Below the pieces are notes generated by a model. That model had not been told where the DNA came from and searched no databases. It saw nothing but the letters and a program-made list of their open reading frames with translations. From assembly GCA_023213395.1 (NCBI GenBank), contig CM041465.1, forward strand, positions 209,505,741 through 209,569,740: DNA of 64,000 nt. Direction: 5' to 3'. How positions within the stretch are numbered: position 1 is the first letter of the stretch; each line of letters begins with the position of its first letter. The DNA comes from Cycas panzhihuaensis. Its lineage: Eukaryota > Plantae > Cycadophyta. The position numbers and the translations under genes were made by a program. Shown here one piece after another: positions 51,515 through 64,000 of this stretch.

Positions 51515-54150
51515 ATGGCTAGTGGAGGAGGTATAATAGGTATAATTACTAAAAAATGTTAAGTCCTAATAATTATATTATTTGGAAACAACATATATTT
51601 AGTTTCATTCATTTGAATAATCTTTGGAAGTATGTAAATAATTTTGTAATGGAAAAAGTTGTAGCTAAAATCATTACTTTCCAAACAAAGTTAAATATTG
51701 ATACTAACTTTAATGTTGAATATCAATAAAAAATATGAATAACATTTGATTTTCTCAATATATCTATTAGTGGCAACATCATTTTATACATCAGGGGCAC
51801 TACTACATCAAAGAAAATGTGGGACATGGACATGAATCTATATGAGCATATGGGTTACATGAGAGCATTGAACTTACAGAGTCAATTGTATAGTTTAAAA
51901 ATAACAGGTAATATGATGGAATATATAAAAAATGTGAGATTAATATAGGATTAACTATTAACTATATGTAAAATCATTCCTAATTCAGAGATCATAGCTT
52001 GCATATTAAGGAGTCTACCACTCTAGTATAAGAATTTATTGACTATATTGACTTTATTTAATAAATTATCCATGTTATATATCAGTTCTTCATAATTACT
52101 ACTTATGGAACATGAGTAGAAACTAAAGCATATGTATGGTAAATCATCTAGAGCACTAGCATCTAGATCAAAGGGGAAGAAGCCCTTTATTCCAAAGAAG
52201 AATATGCCTTCTAAACCTATAATTCAAAAGGATAAATCAAGAGCTTCAAAGGGATAATACAAGCTAAAATATTATTATTATAAGAAGTTTAGTCATGTTA
52301 AAAAGGGTTGTTAGGAATGATAGGAACAATAATAATCACAATAGTTTTAAGATCAACCCCAACAACAGAAGCAATAATAATGACAACATTGACCACCTCA
52401 ATAATATGGTCATGTTATAAATAGAATAGAGGATACACCTATTGAAATTTTAATGTGTTTATTTGCTACAACATATAAGATGGGATATGACGTATATAAT
52501 GTCTGGTTTATTGATCCAAGTATATCAAGACACATGACTAGAAGATTGAAATGGTTTTTTTAGATGTGGGAGGTAAATTAGAAGGTCATCATTAGGGGCA
52601 ACATTGATTTAGAAACCATTGAAATTAGAGAGGTACCATTCATCATGCTAAATAGTGAACGATGTTATTTGGATAATGTTTTGCATGTATCAAATTTGAA
52701 GGTGAATCTTATTTCAATTGGTGAAATTAAACAACAAAATATGACTGTGATGTTTGCTTAAGGATAATACATAGTATGAGTCAAATAGAATAATGTTGTA
52801 GCCAAAGGACTTACAGAAAATTATTTATACAAACTATAAGCATACTCTAAAGTCCAAAGAGTGTTTCTTATTGTATGTCTAAAATAAAAGTTCTAGCATA
52901 AATGAATGGGTCATTTAAACAATAGCGATCTCTAATTAATACATAAGTTAAAAATAATACATGGGTCTTTTATGATAAATAATAAAGATTATTTACATAA
53001 ATCTTATATTTTTGGAAAATAATTCAAAGAAAAAAGCATGGAGAGCTAAACAAAAGTTAGGATTACTTTGCCCGAATATCTATGGACCAATATTTGTTAT
53101 CTTATTTGGTGGAGTGAGATACTTTATCGCATTCATTAATGACTTTTCACAAAAACTCTAGGTATTTCCACTTAGAAAAAAATCTCAAGCTTTCACTTGC
53201 TTCAAACAATTTAAGGAGTTGACAAAGAATGAAAGTAGATACAAGATTAAGGTCCTGTGAACTATAAATATAAAGAGTATATTTTCAATGAATTCACGTA
53301 GTTTTATAAGGAACATGGAATTCAAAGGCAATTTGCTACTATCTATATAGCCTGGTGATAAAAGACAAGGATGTTACAAATTTCTTATTTGTAGAAGTTA
53401 TGAAGATTACTACATATCTAATAAATAAAAGCACTATGAAGGTTGTTAAGAATATAACACCTAAGGAGGCTTGGTCAAATAGGAAGATAGTTGTAAGTCA
53501 TTTGAGAGTCTTTGGGTGCATAATATACATGCATATTCCCAAGGGAAAATGATGGAAATTATATGAAAAAAGCACAAAGTGTATCCTTGCTAGATGCTTT
53601 AATGAAAGTAATGCATATAGACTATATGGGTTGTCGACTTAAAATGTTCACACAACTCGTGATGTGATCTCCCATAAAGATGAGAGTCTTGATTTTGGTT
53701 CAATTGACGTTGAAGATCAAGTTAAGGAGCCATATAAATATAGTTCTTTATATGATCTTGTTCAACCTAAATATGAGTTGGAATCCTTTTATTATTAGAA
53801 GTTAACTTTAAGTAGGATCCAGAGATTGAGTTGAAGTTAAAGTTAAAGCCAGAGTTAGAAAAACTATCTGATATTTTATCTTTATCTTTGAAGAGGAAAC
53901 TTCTAAAATAATATTTAAAAACTATGGAGGATGCTAAAAAGTTGTTATCTAATTCTGAGAAAAAGTGAAAGTAAAAAATATGACCTTCTAAATAGGTGAA
54001 TATGGCTCTTACGACATAAATGTTAGATGCTAATAAACCATCTATCGTTGAAGAAGAAATCAAAAAGCAAAAGTGGAATGATAGTATGGATATTAAAATC
54101 TAAGTTGGGAAACCTAAATGTGGGATTTGGTCAAATTGCTTATTAAAAAG
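51515..54150 (+). mobile_element. Highly decayed Copia gag-PR-INT-RT start
   Basis: WFIDPSISRHMT; FIAFINDFSQK; TPKEAWSNRKIVVSHLRVFGCIIYMHIPK; LTR boundaries not resolved. Confidence 0.8.
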
Positions 54151-56244
54151 TATTCACTTTTATTTTTGTACCTTTTAAAAATGGATTGATAACAAGACCT
54201 AGTTTGTAAATTGTATAATAGCCCAAAAGTACAAAAATAGAGAGATAATGACTGAATGTTCACCTAACATCCCATTAAATGGTTTGGTAAACACATACAA
54301 AAACTAATATATAATATTTATAAGAGAAAATTGTTTAGTGATTTTTTTTTTATGAATAGTTTATCCCTTATTTATTGTTTTCTATTTCTAGGAAAAAAGT
54401 TAAAAAGAGAAGTATAATAAAGAAAAGAAATTATTAAAGCAAGTTGTTGAATATTATTGTCATCCTTGGTCTCATGGAATTAAAGGCATTGTTGTAGTGT
54501 AAGAGTTATTGGGTAATCTAGGCAACTTCTCTTAAGCGATGGCATAAACTACTCAACAACAAATAATATTTTATATTGGATACACCTAACATAAGCCTAT
54601 GAGTTGCTAAATAGAAATTTTTTGATAAATAATAAATCACAAACATTGAAGAACCAAGTTTTATGTTTTTAATTCACTAAGAAAGTAGAGTTTCAAAATA
54701 GATACATATCAAAGCCAAAATATATAAAGAATATAAATTGTATCTAAACTCCAAATACCCTAGATTAGCTATGGGAGTCTATTCCATAAAACATTCAAAT
54801 GTATCATAACATTTAGCTTAAAATAAAGTGAAATATTTGCCAGAACTAATAAAAAAAATTCATAAGAAAAAATGAAGAGAGAGAAAGAAATACAAAAAAA
54901 AAAAAAAAAAAGAGATGAAAAACCTAGAGCCTTGATTATGAACTCAAAGGTCAAGTCTACAATCATGTAATCCTTTTGTCTTTGAAGTTGTTCCTTTTAA
55001 AGACAAATCTCCATTATAATAATCACTCGTTTACAAGATCATTCTTCCAACTGTAACTAAATAGGAATTATATATTCAAATAACTAAAAATCTATGAGAT
55101 CATGGCCTGTTAATTTGGGGTTATCAAATGACTACTGTATTTTTGGGAGGTAGGTGGTGACTTCAATATTAATGACCATCATTGTGGTTATTTGAATTAA
55201 TTTCTTTTATCTCTCCTAATTATTAAATGTTTTTGTTTTACATGGAGGAGGAGTCATTAAAGATTTGGGTAAGGTGGTCGACGAAAGTTCTTATCTTTAG
55301 TTATTTGTCAACCATTTTGTCCCATTGTTATTACATGGCTAAGATGGCACATTGTTTGGATAAACGATAATGAAAACAAACATGAAAATTTATATAATTT
55401 GATGCTTACCATGATCTTAGGCATTTGCTAGTGATTAAAAGGTGAATATTTGGTTCCTTAATGTTAGTCAACAAGTCTATGGTTTGCATGAGAGGCTTTA
55501 TACACTTAAAAAAATTACAAAAGTACTTCAAAGAGTATTTTAGGAGCTTTTATATAAGTTTGGTGAAGCATTAAGTATCCTCTAAGTGCCACACTATGAA
55601 TGGTGAATAATATCCTTTATAAGAGTTCCATGTGAGAAGAAAGTTGACAGGTTTAGTGGGCCCCATAGCACTTTAAATCTTCTGTTACATATATTTCACA
55701 ATCTCGAGAATGCAATTCGCCTTAGAATTTATCCATTTATAGGGAGATAAGTGATATAATATAAAGGCTTTGTATTATTCCTCACATTTCACATTTACGG
55801 TGTTAGGTCACTTTCCTTTGTAGAGTCTTCCATAGAATCCCATGAAATAAGTAGCTAACCTTCCTTCAATCATATTTTCACTTGAAGAAATATAAAATAT
55901 CATCTAGAAAACACTCCAACAACCCTTAAAATATAAACTATTACATTAAGACACTTACACATTAGAAATAATGTATTGGAAGTGTCTCGATCTAATGTAA
56001 CACTAACACTATAACTCCTCATTACATTTATGACTGAGTACATAGCCAATCATACCTACATATGAGTTCTTATTATAACTTTTTTAACGTAGGCATGAAA
56101 AAGGCCTAACATCTAGCCTCCTTGCTTTTGGTTAACCCTTAATAGTTTAAGTAAATGTAATCGTTGAAATGAAAATAAAGCCATAACAAAATGTGAAGTA
56201 TGTACAATTATTTATAAAGAACACAAAAAGTATAAAATTAAGTA

Positions 56245-62305
<6,061 letters not shown>

Positions 62306-64000
62306 TATTGAGATTTGAGTAATATTACTGCCCTTCCAAGGCTTGTAATGGATTAGTTGGTGGTAGCACAATATATATTTCAAGACCATTTGGGTTAAAA
62401 GAGAAAAAGTAAGGTGGACCTAGTTTACTTTCAACATGATTGATATGCCTTTGTTTAACTATGAGATCCTTCCTGTAAGGTGTTAGAATATAATGTCTTA
62501 TTCTAGGAACATTATAAAAAGGGGTCAATATGTTTAAGACCCTCATTACATTTAATCCATATGTTTAATATTACAACCATGTAACGATTACAAAGTTTGT
62601 CATATATAAAGGAGGTTTCCCTCTATCAATAATCAAGAGAGTGATTCCATTCTTTCTCACTGTTGAGGGTTTGATTTTCTACATGGTATTAGAGCAAGGA
62701 AATTTGCTTACCTGAAAAGGAATAGTCAAAGAATTATTGAAGGAGGATAATAATACTCGAAGACAAAGGCTGATTTAAAATGTTGAGACAAAGATCAAAG
62801 TTTAGAAGACCAAAAGGTTATAGAAACTCCATTGTACGAAATCGTATGGACTTGTACGGATCAATTTTTAAAGGTTATCAGACTTCGATAAAACTTGGCT
62901 AGATTGAAGATCTCATCGAGAGCATCATTTTCTTCAACTAGGTTGAATTGATCTGAAGTTGTCTTGAGGTCATTTTTCCCCTTTGAATAATTCGTGTAGA
63001 TTTAGGACTCTTATAGCAAATTTCTCTTAAATTTCTTTGAGTTGTTGGGTAATATCTATTATGAACTTAATGTTTATGCCTTACTAAGATACCAAGAACA
63101 ATTTCCAAGAGTATCTCTCCAAATTTAAAGTTTTTTTAGCACTTTTCTAAAAAACCCTAGCTGTCAGTTTTGCCATATGAGGCATGTTTTCACCCAAATG
63201 AGAAATTGTCTCTAAAATCTGACTGCAGAGCTGAACTCGACTTAAGACTCTCTTTGATTTGACATACTCATTTCTTCAATATGTACACTTCAATTTTTGT
63301 ACGAAAATTCGTATGACCATACATTCTAGCACTGTTCATAGGCATCAAACCCTCTAATATTCATTCTTTTGACTCTGTTAGCCCTTTTGGATCTACCCTC
63401 AATAAGTTCATCATGGCATCCTTAATTTCAAGCCTAAGTGACACTTATAAATTGACCGAGAATAACTATAATGTATGGAGGATTAAAATTGAAGCCCTCT
63501 TACGTGTAAAAAATGCATGGGAACTGACCACAAAAGGAGAAAAAATGCCTAATGTTGAAGGAGATGCTCAAAAGAATTAGAAAGAAAGAAATAATGTAAA
63601 AGCAATAACATTAAAACTATTTGTTTCTGATTATTTATTGATATATATAGACAAATTCAATACTTGCTCTTAAATCTGGAAAACCCTAGAAAATCTCTAT
63701 GCCTGAAAGAATAGAGTAAGGGTTATTATTATGAAAGAAGAACTATTTAAACTAGTTATGAAAGAAACAGATATTATAGCTGACTTCATTCACAAGGTTA
63801 CCACTATCTGAAATAAACTTCTGAGTACCGGAGAAGAAATTTTAGGAAAAAAAATTATTGAAATGGTAGTGGGAAAACTTTCCAAGGTCTTTGATGTGAC
63901 CATTAATACCATTACCAATATCAACATAATTGAAGAAATATCACTTGATGATCTGACTAGCATGTTGATGAGATAGGAACAAAGGAACAAAAGATACAAG
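62306..64000 (+). mobile_element. Copia J (same lineage as A): 5' LTR, PBS, leader and gag start; runs off the window
   Basis: LTR 62306-62683 ending ...CTACA; PBS tggtattagagc at 62684-62695; gag at 63413 (MASLISSLSDTYKLTENNYNVWRIKIEALLRVKNAWE) resembles the gag of A. Confidence 0.85.

Overview
AT-rich, CpG-depleted plant nuclear DNA; the element types suggest a large-genome non-angiosperm, but that is inference only. Positions 280-40500 form one nested retrotransposon stack, resolved by paired LTRs and target-site duplications (TSDs). Copia A (280-40500) contains Copia B (1415-24169). B contains minus-strand Athila-like Gypsy C (3351-18912). C contains a solo LTR D (6855-7402) and a 4.8 kb non-autonomous gag-only element E (8479-13303). 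A also contains a 443-bp TRIM (24504-24946) and Copia F (~26089-38037), and F contains a young chromovirus G (29133-35841). The most striking object is E. Between its PBS and its gag it carries a mosaic of intron-less host gene fragments in both orientations: a PLS-class PPR E motif, an 11S-type cupin, a near-complete VDAC porin, and probable PPR and receiver-domain pieces. Right of the stack lies a CpG-retaining island with a candidate two-exon 59-aa secreted peptide gene (42753-43261, minus strand). After it come an old chromovirus derivative holding an antisense 18S rRNA fragment (44007-46492), decayed MULE, Copia and Tat remnants, and a 2.65 kb (TA)n array inside a Tat RNase H domain. The window ends in the 5' part of another Copia related to A. 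All identifications come from reading the sequence by eye; no searches were run.
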